Under the pieces are notes generated by a model that was given only the letters and a program-made list of their open reading frames with translations, made no database searches and was not told where the DNA came from. The position numbers and the translations under genes were made by a program. 24,588 nt of DNA from a virus (lineage: Duplodnaviria > Caudoviricetes): positions 1-24,588 of the IMG/VR virus record IMGVR_UViG_3300030012_004117. One strand, given 5' to 3'. Shown in pieces: positions 16,901 to 22,882 of this stretch. Each line of letters begins with the position of its first letter. The first letter of the stretch is position 1.

Positions 16901-19289
16901 CAACGGAGCCAAAACAATTCATGACGCACTCAAGCAAAAGAAAAACTTGACCCCAGGTATCAAGAAACTCCTTGGTCAATATGAGTCTGATGCGGACGCT
17001 ATCACTGGAATCAGGGTTATGCTTCAAACCATTCAGACCCAGACTCATATGCTTGCCAGCATCATGAAGCTCAAAAACCTTGTAGACCTAGATAATCGTT
17101 TGCGAGAGGATGCCGAAGCTGCCGGAGAGAAATATAATCCATTTATCTTGTCGGATGATGAGCATCGTAACTTAAACGCACTAGACAAAAAGAGTTATGA
17201 GGAACTGGAAGGCAGTATTCCTGACTCCAATCCATTAAAAGGTAAGTTTATCAGGAAGGACATAAAGGCAGCACTTGAGGTTTCTAAAGACCCCATTGAT
17301 ATGAATCGGGCAAACGAAACCGCTAAGGGTTTTGCTAGAGCCGTGTCCGCCGTTGGAGTCCTTAATGGTTTAACCCTGATGGGAGTGACCACCTTCTCAG
17401 GGTTGGCCTTCCACTTCAGAAACTCTATCTCCACTGTGTTCAGAGCTATTAGAGCGGGAGCTTTCTTGAAACCCGCTTATGCGACCAAAATACTTGTTAG
17501 AGCCATCGCGGAAGCTGCGGTCGCTTTTCCAGGGGTGAATGAGAAATACCGATACGTTCCTGATTGGATTAACCGTTTAGCCAGAGGTGAGCGGGTTTCA
17601 CTAGAGTCGCTCATGGTGGAACACGCCAAACTAGAAGGACTCAGCGTTGTTAATCAGAGCGTGAGGTCTGCCGTGTATAAAGACCTCTTCGGTCTGAGAA
17701 AATCAGAACCTAGTTTTATAGCGGACATGGACAAACTAGAGTCTCTAAACCCCGCTTCTAGGGCATATAGAAAACTCTCTAAGAAGGTATTAGACTACTC
17801 ATTAAAACTTACGAACGCCTCCGACAACGCTTTCCGAATCGCTACCTATTACAATAACGTAGACCTTCTGAAAAAGGCTAGGGCCAAGGGAGATGGGTCG
17901 TCGTTCCGAGGGATTCCAATTACGGAGATGTCAGACTACGACATCGAAAGGGAGGCTGCTAGGATGATGAATAAGATCACTCCAGGCGAGGACTACCTTG
18001 TCCAAGCTGGTAAAACTCTAGCGGAGTCCCCTCTGAGGGTTGTCATATCGTCGTTCGCTAGATTCAAGTTTGAGACAATGCGGACATACGTTAACTACCA
18101 CACAGAAGTCGGTGAACTTTTGAATTCAAGCAATCCCGTTATGAGAGCGGAGGGGGTCAAGAGATTAGCTGGAGTCATTGCGATGTATGGGATCTCTTTT
18201 GGGCCAACCAGTTATTTATTGAGTAAACTCTTAGGTGGACTGGAAGAGGAAGAACAAGATGCCTTGGACGAGGGCAACCCCAGCTTCTACAAACGCGCCC
18301 AGATGCTCAGAAAACTCAACCGATCCACTGGGGAAATAACGGACTACAACTTTACATATATGGATGAAATGGCTTTCTTGGGAGATCCCTTTAGTTATGC
18401 CCTACAAGAAATCCGCCAAGACAAATTAGGCCCGATGGGTGCGGTTTCTGGATTCTTGGGGGCAATCGCGTTCGGTGAGATATTGGATCAGCAAGTTCTG
18501 TCTCAAGTCATCCATGAAGTTATCTACACCAACAGGGATGCCAAGGGTAAAAAGATTGTCGAAGACAATGACACAGGTGAAGACCGTATTTATAAGCCAA
18601 TACTTTATGCTCTAAAAAGGCTTGCCCCTGCATATGTCCGAGGAAGCGTAGAAGGTAAGCAAGCCTTTGAATCTGCTCAAGGAACATATTCTGAGAAGAT
18701 GGAGGCGGCAGCGAAAGCCCTCTTTAATAGAGCAGTTCTACCTACCAAGCCTTTCACTAGACCCGTATCCGAAAGATATCTTTCCATCCTTTACAAGTAT
18801 AACAGGTTTAAGCGAATTGCCGGTGAGCATAAATCCGATGCCATGTCAGAGAATATCTATGTTGGCTCAACTTCCCGTAGGCCAACGGACGAAGAAGTAA
18901 GGGAGTTTGTCAACAATTACTACGAGGGACTCATTCAAGTCTATGACATGACCGATAAATTAACTAAGCAGTTCTTTAAAATGGGAATGTCTCCAGAAGA
19001 AATAGCAGTTTCACTCAGTTCTAGCGGACTTATGAGCAAGAAAGATATCGCTAATTATCTTAGAGGAAGCACCCGTAGTCAGTTGGTGACTAGGACTTTC
19101 TCTTTACCTTTACCTACTTCTGGAAAAGCAGGGGACGAAGGGAAGCTGAGAAAGTTCGATGATGTGGGCGATGCGAACCGCCGTTATCGTTTCATGCTAG
19201 AGGCTAGGAGAAGATATACCACTGAAGGATTTGAAGATGGAACATACGTTCCACAAACCTACAACCCAACCAATGAAGATGAAGAATAA
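7953..19289 (+). CDS. giant (3778 aa) polyvalent internal virion/ejection protein with zincin-like, HhH-glycosylase-like and ADP-ribosyltransferase domains
   Basis: Uninterrupted ORF. Gly/Ala-rich hydrophobic helices in the N-terminal third; P/E/T linker; IVVEEFAH...EYLVEE; WY..A...LSPQ.DW..N...HKV.NFY.NI...VTIDTHA...Y..A..AY.RA...QSITW; YHGT...GFF.....A..Y...GHDGVIF...YVAFEPNQIKS; C-terminal helical region (FHFRN, DN.FRIA.Y, F..F..E..R) resembling large polyvalent/ejection proteins. Confidence 0.85.
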   Translation: MADTKFPSPSPESSDDDQEKKDLTGSLPEDSELEPTEETDPEEEEEKKPEKFPAPAAIEPIPDFLSWKRGRTELDFAVTEGLNDTEREVVEAHSDRLRYINFDKLQKLGRGEYQGEATEKEYQNAYNQFASSFRVDAPEGVEFSEEKVQAAIQAATIEVGADATNNRLSLIEGLDDKSIKFLAQQGAEGFDLDNPSRTKITASALNNYSPSDEFQEQALQKGVDNLLSGLREKTLNQVAVRSNLIPFASVPFFEGGEEVGETVDVSPRALKQFDSPSEAVKFSIENGHIKPDQALTAYTLATEKEEDLDLSLAEIVRSQQLSSYVNNSLPTIKNKDPLLNSLRRAANDPDNQEVKEDFYEAFAGSLNSADVEGGGFKIDPEDKSFRALADDYIFQRSSQDLPESFKDEGDLSSNVRKDPLTGQITIHKATIFRPDIFEKSLEDAGLSEEDKETLRARRKVIFNTPSFQYSDGVRNALKFLRNDEGQSFEEYLEVRNESVDTDAFDKYSEELWEKRSEKIRSGEMSREEAQFFFPETEAKSFGDLFDEFLQEAKVDKGVIYGLSMLEEAVLSATEYYAYSVPLLAEQAAALVSPRMAEKIRETKAYKGSEERSVALVKKNMAQREAMETFGYKPGMLFDVAGAASGVGGQIVADILLTRGAGTLGKLSGKVGSKVGSKVGLPTLKGAKELAQMKILSKIADDAALKKINAAKGAARSKAYKEAIAKKLRPGTATRAIPGIMSRTYLAGYSRNYGASLNEIQNSPEGQDMTLDQQREFAADAAGFQTGFEAALTAGFAKGGFDVVESSILRGISPKGLKKYLSKDLGKIDNKKFSALVGTSVKELEKELGVARGKIPTLLLGAVSEGIEEGLPSGASIVFEDFLMSYLDYNELNEDVPILRIFDKYLEFGKYLASGQVDSDLIKEAYETGKYDFLIGAILGGGVSGVRSVGSGLGSMVAPSRDSREAAMQASQLLYEKISDKLSDSGSPLTAEVVANILTSPARGKDFDGRTRAEVEELIAKGELTMEDAVRMGLAQPTPEPSPTPEPVTGTEPTTEAEPTPEAEPSPDPTPEAEPSPDPAPEAEPTPTSEKEVDTPIKITFDRVETDSVKETVEEFFDSDQNSDQQAAADPSTLSSPEVTPDPRLEPLSADEEVDRVVAQVDETVFPKETQAPKDPKVREQAQAVSDEVSRINQSGGKVVFVKDAEEADRVLRKARGGKGIRQDQKAKLSKESSFQANVDGSPVTFVFESKLKNKTTSALRKILKKASRDTQVSKLIGRDSVVLPSNQTVKKLKIKDFDSLTDSEKVSSVLDWLDSDPQNNLDPQSDKEFITYLRKLSGKAQVSATPVTANAVSSVVSSKVGSPIMPPASESPVLNTEQKLESGRTKRVFNKASIEETAKQFKGEDVEAFKIFMSVLEKSLEQLPSTVTLVIGKSRFAASANRRTGEVSIDPVALFEQFKGNRDLDFSNPSHQKYVSASLQRIVVEEFAHIASFNSIPQNVFDEVVNGMSDSDYEYVISTYFKFDKKGAAKARSDLKSGDPETVKRQKEYLVEEFLRQQYQDKEAGFTTEDSYLLLKGEKRKPVRDLVIAYLKGMYRRITKKTRNGRFLSGPERAAVARITDEINTLRMDFNTPLPYGYTFDDSPQGAAADIEALSQMFPPQEPSALGMPQMSEESIPFVDQPKILSNTPVVPGRRVATAPPTATGKRRPFTELERAASGMDVLFSNYRLQRSYVPNATAISQYEILGQAGRDLLEKLNRADDAEKQGVADEIHQALITKITDNLLHLHDEMNPTVRERARLWYEGANRVARDLAATYNISPEQAAAAIAVLSPQNDWFQNVSLASRTLDILYNQGQTVFDKKLMEKYAALESSQQKKSGVSAKQHEIDMENRRKEARLYANKHLLGKKLDDLSDDDAAIFVRAYDQEYNPRGYAVITPEGNRIEPKANKEGTALLSVGWGSYAEISKAVTMYRSDDFVTLSQTVGGAHKVRNFYNNIIDPTNSKDVTIDTHAVAAGLLLPVAGADSEVSHNFGTNNKGDTRRISNEGRAKYGHNGTYAIFAEAYRRAGAARNLKAREMQSITWEQVRTLFEADQKNNNVLVESRELWYDSADDKSARASVEKKFGGYGLPDWATPSRREDGAEALPQQTQDQRAGLADVYGDGLGESRESPSGITLIDPRRTAAEGATTRRSLDDQGAPRISDEDALDDAIYMDSVDRNDYEMAEEALERVAARYGVENPELVVRDKDGDILTPAQRFMIPPTVISPQKIARHKELEAKHDAGTITPEETAEAERIVAEAAKAAGFDSPKVYHGTNEDFDTFSKEKLGSKNIFAESAREGFFLAGSSTTAENYMGLTSLDFAGLSISQDPLLAEARVKFRDELDEVGRKEKEVLGSLDKELLNNPNTKQLTEIFGEAFEENRLRKMNILSEVVFGKPYGTKQGEILEESGVNAMRDEVNARINKFIEQEYLNRSGKTPQIKELFTKMGNPYIIDAGDTVAGAEFPLTNHIQDAKTLGHDGVIFKNISDGGGPDTVYVAFEPNQIKSADPFTGVPIDERFDRDQDSILYSARFLDDIEGGDDISATPEFDIRPLLQTLEMPLVHTRKEFGLFRRIIAKLTGTNLPSQRDIMGDEGGWTAFSKAIINGDFPDERIRNMIIGNGRFVPSVESLLNRLHITMEDIIKKKYKGNLPADVRKDFNTAIGTEDIVVDSVKKGRIDAQHKADIALINSGDPNSYRQMTQEEADTLIQTAREENPTATNQEIGVIAGNLYRKKLFKEAENKQKEATDKLLQESARQEKIKVVQALKRLEDRGENDLVQIVVELRQMISDISNYFGEEGADALNKELKLAFDVSNGFYLSRRYRFFNDPTYKSNLIELIRGGEKVKGSKRKVAELNERIENAIPEFIGIARLEIQKKLLETKLREAQKRGEVISQEKSKQITESKEFQREVDQELGDPETAAKEAMIEYLAEFGDARDYETASNGAKTIHDALKQKKNLTPGIKKLLGQYESDADAITGIRVMLQTIQTQTHMLASIMKLKNLVDLDNRLREDAEAAGEKYNPFILSDDEHRNLNALDKKSYEELEGSIPDSNPLKGKFIRKDIKAALEVSKDPIDMNRANETAKGFARAVSAVGVLNGLTLMGVTTFSGLAFHFRNSISTVFRAIRAGAFLKPAYATKILVRAIAEAAVAFPGVNEKYRYVPDWINRLARGERVSLESLMVEHAKLEGLSVVNQSVRSAVYKDLFGLRKSEPSFIADMDKLESLNPASRAYRKLSKKVLDYSLKLTNASDNAFRIATYYNNVDLLKKARAKGDGSSFRGIPITEMSDYDIEREAARMMNKITPGEDYLVQAGKTLAESPLRVVISSFARFKFETMRTYVNYHTEVGELLNSSNPVMRAEGVKRLAGVIAMYGISFGPTSYLLSKLLGGLEEEEQDALDEGNPSFYKRAQMLRKLNRSTGEITDYNFTYMDEMAFLGDPFSYALQEIRQDKLGPMGAVSGFLGAIAFGEILDQQVLSQVIHEVIYTNRDAKGKKIVEDNDTGEDRIYKPILYALKRLAPAYVRGSVEGKQAFESAQGTYSEKMEAAAKALFNRAVLPTKPFTRPVSERYLSILYKYNRFKRIAGEHKSDAMSENIYVGSTSRRPTDEEVREFVNNYYEGLIQVYDMTDKLTKQFFKMGMSPEEIAVSLSSSGLMSKKDIANYLRGSTRSQLVTRTFSLPLPTSGKAGDEGKLRKFDDVGDANRRYRFMLEARRRYTTEGFEDGTYVPQTYNPTNEDEE
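11057..11213 (+). repeat. Pro/Glu/Thr linker with 30-bp tandem repeats (PTPEAEPSPD x about 3)
   Basis: ccaacaccggaagcagagcctag(t/c)ccagat at 11124 and 11154, with a degenerate third copy at 11184 and shorter PTPEP units upstream. Confidence 0.9.
12230..12760 (+). other. zincin-like metallopeptidase (MPTase-PolyVal-like) domain within the giant protein, non-canonical EExxH
   Basis: A beta-rich lead-in (VTLVIG...AASAN...GEVSIDP), then IVVEEFAH (EEFAH at 12405-12419) and a downstream EYLVEE helix. Domain limits are approximate. Confidence 0.5.
13290..14230 (+). other. HhH DNA-glycosylase-superfamily-like (DUF7178-like) domain within the giant protein
   Basis: LWYEGA, IAVLSPQNDWFQN, GAHKVRNFYNNI, VTIDTHA (13968-13988; resembles the vDTH catalytic Asp motif of EndoIII/MutY), AEAYRRA, MQSITW. 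Domain limits are approximate. Confidence 0.65.
14820..15659 (+). other. ART-PolyVal-type ADP-ribosyltransferase domain with a helical insert
   Basis: AAKAAGF..KVYHGT (YHGT from 14886)..FDTF..GFFLA....A..Y, then an insert of about 120 aa, then MGNP...GHDGVIFKN....YVAFEPNQIKSADP...ERF....ILYS. Confidence 0.8.
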
Positions 19290-19461
19290 GAAGTTCAAGC
19301 CCCACATGATGTATGATAAGTCCGGTAAAGGCTTCAAGGCCAACACCTACAAACAACACCTAGCTATGAAGGAAAAAGGATACGGTCACTCAAAGCCCAG
19401 CAGTAAAGCCAAGACTGCAAAGCGAGTGAAGAAGCTGATTCAAAAGAAGTCCGGCTACTAG
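19279..19461 (+). CDS. small basic phage protein (about 60 aa)
   Basis: MKNKKFKPHMMYDKSGKGFKANTYKQHLAMKEKGYGH..., a motif I recall from aquatic phages. ATG 19279 (or 19273) overlaps the stop of the giant gene. Confidence 0.75.
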   Translation: MKNKKFKPHMMYDKSGKGFKANTYKQHLAMKEKGYGHSKPSSKAKTAKRVKKLIQKKSGY

Positions 19462-19721
19462 ACTGGAGTCTTAGTCATCCTCAGAATGGTCTTCTCAATC
19501 GAGGAGAATACTTCCTCGTAACCATCGCTAGCGGGATCAGTTACCGCTGCTGCGAGGGATCGCGTAAACGATTCACGGCAAGAGGGTAGGTCGATTACTG
19601 CTCCCCGAACACTTGTCTTTGTGCCGTGAACAAACGCAAGGGCTGCCCAGTTGCCATTCTCTGGGCGAGCTAGGATCTCGACGGTGTTTCCGCCGAGATC
19701 CAAAAATTCTTTCTGGTTCAT
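19458..19721 (-). CDS. hypothetical protein
   Basis: 87-aa ATG-start ORF with globular composition. Its stop overlaps the convergent gene's stop in CTAG (19458-19461). Confidence 0.6.
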   Translation of the reverse strand: MNQKEFLDLGGNTVEILARPENGNWAALAFVHGTKTSVRGAVIDLPSCRESFTRSLAAAVTDPASDGYEEVFSSIEKTILRMTKTPV

Positions 19722-19787
19722 CGGTCACACTCGTATATCAGACGGAGTATTGCAACCAGCACTATCAAGTTAATAATAAGATACATT

Positions 19788-20258
19788 TCACTTCCTCCTA
19801 ACTCCTAAGATTTTAGATTTGTAAAACGATAGCTGCGTTTTACACACTGCACGACTCTGGGTAGGACGGTGAATGCACTCGCCATTCCCGATATAGATCA
19901 GGACATGACCCGCACTACCTGATCGACTACCCCGCCACGTTACTACAATATCGCCTGGGCGGATTGCCATGACCGGAACGGGTCGACCCCACTCCAACCA
20001 GTTTCTCGCCATCGCATGATGCGAGGGTGTGCTGCCCCCCGATTCGTTAATGACTTGTCCCACCCAGTTAGCGCACTGGCATGAGTCGCCGTAGCGGTAG
20101 TGTCGACCCGCCCATTCCTTTGCCGTTTCGACAATTGAGGAGGAGGTGAACTGACCCGCTATGAGCGGACGAAACTTTCTCTTCTCTTGTCCTCTGGCAC
20201 TAGCCATGAAAACAGCTAGGCCCGACAAGAGAATAACAATGTATATGAACTTTTTCAT
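19788..20258 (-). CDS. NlpC/P60-family cell-wall peptidase with N-terminal signal peptide
   Basis: MKK + hydrophobic stretch + ASA; A..W.G..Y.YG...QCANWV (Cys), ARNWL.WG, RPGDIVV, GHV.IY.GNG..IH (His, His). Confidence 0.88.
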   Translation of the reverse strand: MKKFIYIVILLSGLAVFMASARGQEKRKFRPLIAGQFTSSSIVETAKEWAGRHYRYGDSCQCANWVGQVINESGGSTPSHHAMARNWLEWGRPVPVMAIRPGDIVVTWRGSRSGSAGHVLIYIGNGECIHRPTQSRAVCKTQLSFYKSKILGVRRK

Positions 20259-20569
20259 TTTTTCGGAACACCCAAGTGGGTCTTAGCGTATTGGTGAACT
20301 CCCTGCTTCGTCATTCCCATCAGGTCTGCTATCTGCTGGTAAGTCATTTTCTTCCGCCTGAGTCGCCGGATTTCATCCAGCTTGTTTGGTTGTCTTGGGC
20401 CGCTCTTCTGACCCTTCCGGCGACCAGGTTTTCGGATAGCTCCCGCTTTGACAAGTCGTTTTCTTAGGGTCGCGTAGCAGCAATCATAGTCTTTCGCCAT
20501 GTCTTGAAGCCGTTCTCCTCGCTGGTAGCGAGCGATGACTTGGGGTAGTGGTAGTATTACTCTCTTCAT
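20255..20569 (-). CDS. double-HTH DNA-binding protein
   Basis: YQRGERLQDMAKDYDCCYATLRKRL and LRRKKMTYQQIADLMGMTKQGVHQY. ATGA overlap with the NlpC/P60 gene. Confidence 0.8.
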   Translation of the reverse strand: MKRVILPLPQVIARYQRGERLQDMAKDYDCCYATLRKRLVKAGAIRKPGRRKGQKSGPRQPNKLDEIRRLRRKKMTYQQIADLMGMTKQGVHQYAKTHLGVPKK

Positions 20570-20570
20570 A

Positions 20571-20777
20571 TCAGTGGTTTTTTAAAGCATTACTCAAACG
20601 GATCTCAACATCTGCTAGAGTTGGTTGGATTTTATCTGCCATGGCAGTGCATCCGTTGACAAAGCCAAGCCGGAAAGCGGCTTCCTCAACAGGTTTGAAT
20701 TCAACTCCGATTATCTCGTAGTTTTTTCTAAGTTTATCGAGCGCGTCTTCGTATCGCTCATCTAGGTATTTACTCAT
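20571..20777 (-). CDS. hypothetical protein
   Basis: 68-aa ORF, tightly packed in the minus-strand operon. Confidence 0.65.
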   Translation of the reverse strand: MSKYLDERYEDALDKLRKNYEIIGVEFKPVEEAAFRLGFVNGCTAMADKIQPTLADVEIRLSNALKNH

Positions 20778-20796
20778 TTTATTTTTGGGTTACAAA

Positions 20797-21006
20797 TTAT
20801 ATCAAGCCCTCCTCAATCATTTCTTTAACGGAAGGCAAACTCTCAGCGTAGCTAGATAGATCACTTATTATTTCATCGAGGATTTCTCTATAGTGACGCT
20901 TGTCATCAGATCGACTGTGAAAATCGACCACTACATTTATCTCTCTCTTGATCATCTTATTCAACACTCCAGAGTAGGTTAGATCATTTAATTTATATTC
21001 TTTCAT
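20797..21006 (-). CDS. hypothetical protein
   Basis: 69-aa ORF, tightly packed in the minus-strand operon. Confidence 0.65.
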   Translation of the reverse strand: MKEYKLNDLTYSGVLNKMIKREINVVVDFHSRSDDKRHYREILDEIISDLSSYAESLPSVKEMIEEGLI

Positions 21007-21011
21007 ACGTT

Positions 21012-21035
21012 TTACAGGTTACAGGTTACAGGTTA
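21012..21035. repeat. 7-bp tandem repeat (TTACAGG)x3 + TTA
   Basis: ttacaggttacaggttacaggtta fills the intergenic gap between the TAGT stop and the next ATG. Confidence 0.9.
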
Positions 21036-21037
21036 AA

Positions 21038-21892
21038 TTAGTTCTTTTTATCAAGGGTGGTTTTTACCATTCCGTAGTCATCCCGACCCTTTGGAATATC
21101 AACGCCCTCAACCAACTTCAGTAGATTCTTCTTAAAGGGTTTATAGTCTACGTGGTGATGCCACCTACCAAACTTCTTAGTCACTCTTGCTATGTCTGGG
21201 TGCTGATCCACAAGTGACTGCGCGAACTCCAGTCTATTGTCAGTTTCCGCATACACAGTGTCAGTATTCCCGCCGCCCATACGCATAGATGCAACCTTCC
21301 CGCACAGGAAAGCATTGAACAACACGGTACATTCACCTGATTTGAGAACCCTCAACGACAAATCAGTGTCCTCGTTATACTTGCCTCGCCACCGGAAGGG
21401 TAGGTTGTTGCGAACAAGGATACACGAATATATTCTCGTGTTAATATAGTATGGTGGTATGGGTTGTGTTGCCTTGCAGAATGAGTAATAGTTCATGCCG
21501 GATAGACCAACATTATCAAACCGATCAGTGAAGTCCTCAGATGCCCTAAATGTAGCATTGCATCTCACCTCTAATTTGTCGTTCATGTGAAGTCGATTAA
21601 ACGCCTCTATATTGTCATCTAGAATCCAGTGTCTTTTGTGTCCCCCTGTGACGCTGTGATCCCAGACCCAATTACGGACGGGTATAGACCCGAATCCTTT
21701 TTGTGAGAAGTCTGAAGGCAGAACTAAGACATCTGAATTCACCCACTGATTTCGTTGATATGCCTCCGCCTCAGAAGGCTCCACAACTACCTTGAATGGG
21801 ACGCTGCACCTCCTGAGTGACCTAGCGGTAATGCAGGAGTTAGGGCGACCCTTAGATATAACGTAAACAGGATATCTTATTTCTTTTGCCAT
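21038..21892 (-). CDS. TET-associated/GREB1-like (TAGT) GT-A glycosyltransferase, putative DNA base glycosylation
   Basis: YPVYVISKGR, VVVEPSE...Y, RNWVWDHS...HWILDDNI (DxD-like), NTRIYSCIL, RWRGKYNEDTDLSLRVLK, GGNT..VY, GRWHHHVDY. Confidence 0.85.
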   Translation of the reverse strand: MAKEIRYPVYVISKGRPNSCITARSLRRCSVPFKVVVEPSEAEAYQRNQWVNSDVLVLPSDFSQKGFGSIPVRNWVWDHSVTGGHKRHWILDDNIEAFNRLHMNDKLEVRCNATFRASEDFTDRFDNVGLSGMNYYSFCKATQPIPPYYINTRIYSCILVRNNLPFRWRGKYNEDTDLSLRVLKSGECTVLFNAFLCGKVASMRMGGGNTDTVYAETDNRLEFAQSLVDQHPDIARVTKKFGRWHHHVDYKPFKKNLLKLVEGVDIPKGRDDYGMVKTTLDKKN

Positions 21893-22661
21893 ACGTTAGG
21901 ACGGTCATTCCAAAACCCCGTCTTTACTTTTTCATAGCCTGATTGTTTAAGGATATTAGCAAACATCCTACCCATCTTACTATGATGAATATACGAATCA
22001 AGAGGGATAACCTTAGAAGACCAGCGAAGGTTGTAGAAGTAATCAAAATGCCCAAATGATTTTGCATTAAAAGCATTAGCCATAACTATTACCTTTGGCT
22101 TGTTCACTTCTAAGATTTCAATTAGGTGATCGCCAGCGTGATAAATATGCTCAAAGTATTCACTAGCGAAGACTAAATCAACTGGCCCAGCTTCTTTGTG
22201 GTCAGGCAATACGTCTATGTGGCTAGCGCAAAAATCATACTGCTTAGTGCCTTTAAGATTAGTGCCAACCACCCTGCCACATCCTATATCCTCAAGTGCT
22301 TTAGTGGTAAGTCCCAAGCCGCACCCTAAGTCTAAACAGGTATCAACAGTAAGATTAAGAGGCCCCACCTTCTTTATATACTCTGATGAATATATTTTGT
22401 AACAGGCTAGTAGGTCGCAGAAATACCAATCATCGTCATATAACTTGTAAGCGGCATCCTCATAGTCCAAGGCTTCATACCATTTATTCCTCAAGTCTTC
22501 AGCCCACTTAGAGTAGCCTTTTCCGTTGTAGTGATTTAAGACATCCGTATACCTCTGCTTTGCAGATGTAATGTTTATAGAATACATCTCGCAGTATAAT
22601 TTAATCGCCTCTTCAATCTTCATCTCAATCAACTATAACGTAAACAGGATATCTTATTTCT
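21857..22661. mobile_element. 777-bp methyltransferase cassette bounded by a perfect 28-bp direct repeat
   Basis: TATAACGTAAACAGGATATCTTATTTCT at 21857-21884 and at 22634-22661, bracketing exactly one gene. The mobile interpretation is inference. Confidence 0.7.
21877..22623 (-). CDS. class I SAM-dependent methyltransferase
   Basis: Motif I CLDLGCGLGLTT and VDLVFASEYFEHI. ATG 22623 (MKIEEAI) is preferred. The stop TAA lies inside the 28-bp repeat. Confidence 0.85.
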   Translation of the reverse strand: MKIEEAIKLYCEMYSINITSAKQRYTDVLNHYNGKGYSKWAEDLRNKWYEALDYEDAAYKLYDDDWYFCDLLACYKIYSSEYIKKVGPLNLTVDTCLDLGCGLGLTTKALEDIGCGRVVGTNLKGTKQYDFCASHIDVLPDHKEAGPVDLVFASEYFEHIYHAGDHLIEILEVNKPKVIVMANAFNAKSFGHFDYFYNLRWSSKVIPLDSYIHHSKMGRMFANILKQSGYEKVKTGFWNDRPNVWQKK

Positions 22662-22669
22662 CTACCCAC
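22625..22669 (-). pseudogene. truncated duplicate of the TAGT N-terminus (MGREIRYPVYVIVD*)
   Basis: GTG at 22669 is in the same register as the TAGT ATG (offset 777). It encodes EIRYPVYVI, identical to TAGT residues 4-12, and stops (TGA) 1 nt before the methyltransferase ATG. Confidence 0.7.
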
Positions 22670-22881
22670 ATCTCCTTTACCTCCCTATGGTGAGGTTTAA
22701 ATGGATGCCACGAACTCTTGGTCTTAGCTGTTAACTTCTGACCTATTAGAGAGGCGAACTCATTCAAGTCTTCCTCTGATTCAAATCTAAATATTATCTT
22801 GGCGTAAGGCTCCTGCCTCTCCTGCTCAAACTCAGGCATCCCACCCCACAGATCCTCTTGATGTATTAAGTCCTGATCCAT
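22654..22881 (-). CDS. small conserved protein usually found just upstream of TAGT/GREB1-like genes
   Basis: WGGMPEFEQE...Y..I..RFESEEDL..FA.LIGQKLT.KTKS.W.P. ATG 22881 is preferred because a separate ORF occupies 22883-23059. Confidence 0.75.
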   Translation of the reverse strand: MDQDLIHQEDLWGGMPEFEQERQEPYAKIIFRFESEEDLNEFASLIGQKLTAKTKSSWHPFKPHHREVKEMWVEK

Positions 22882-22882
22882 T

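Noticed and set aside
8003-18900. Many 60-130 aa nested ORFs inside the giant gene, including 11005..11352
   Set aside because: Expected shadows of an 11-kb ORF. The Q/R-rich one is the shifted frame of the PTPEAE repeat.
7953-19289. DarB-like methylase/helicase or virion RNA polymerase as the identity of the giant protein
   Set aside because: I found no NPP(Y/F), Walker A/DExH, DxDGD or T7-type polymerase motifs.
19722-19787. Promoter in the gap before the 87-aa gene
   Set aside because: TTGCAA/TTGATA and TATACG boxes are present but not at 16-18 nt spacing.
21857-22661. 28-bp repeat pair as a DGR TR/VR or IS target duplication
   Set aside because: The copies are identical and short with no adenine-specific mismatches. 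No reverse transcriptase, transposase or terminal inverted repeats are present.
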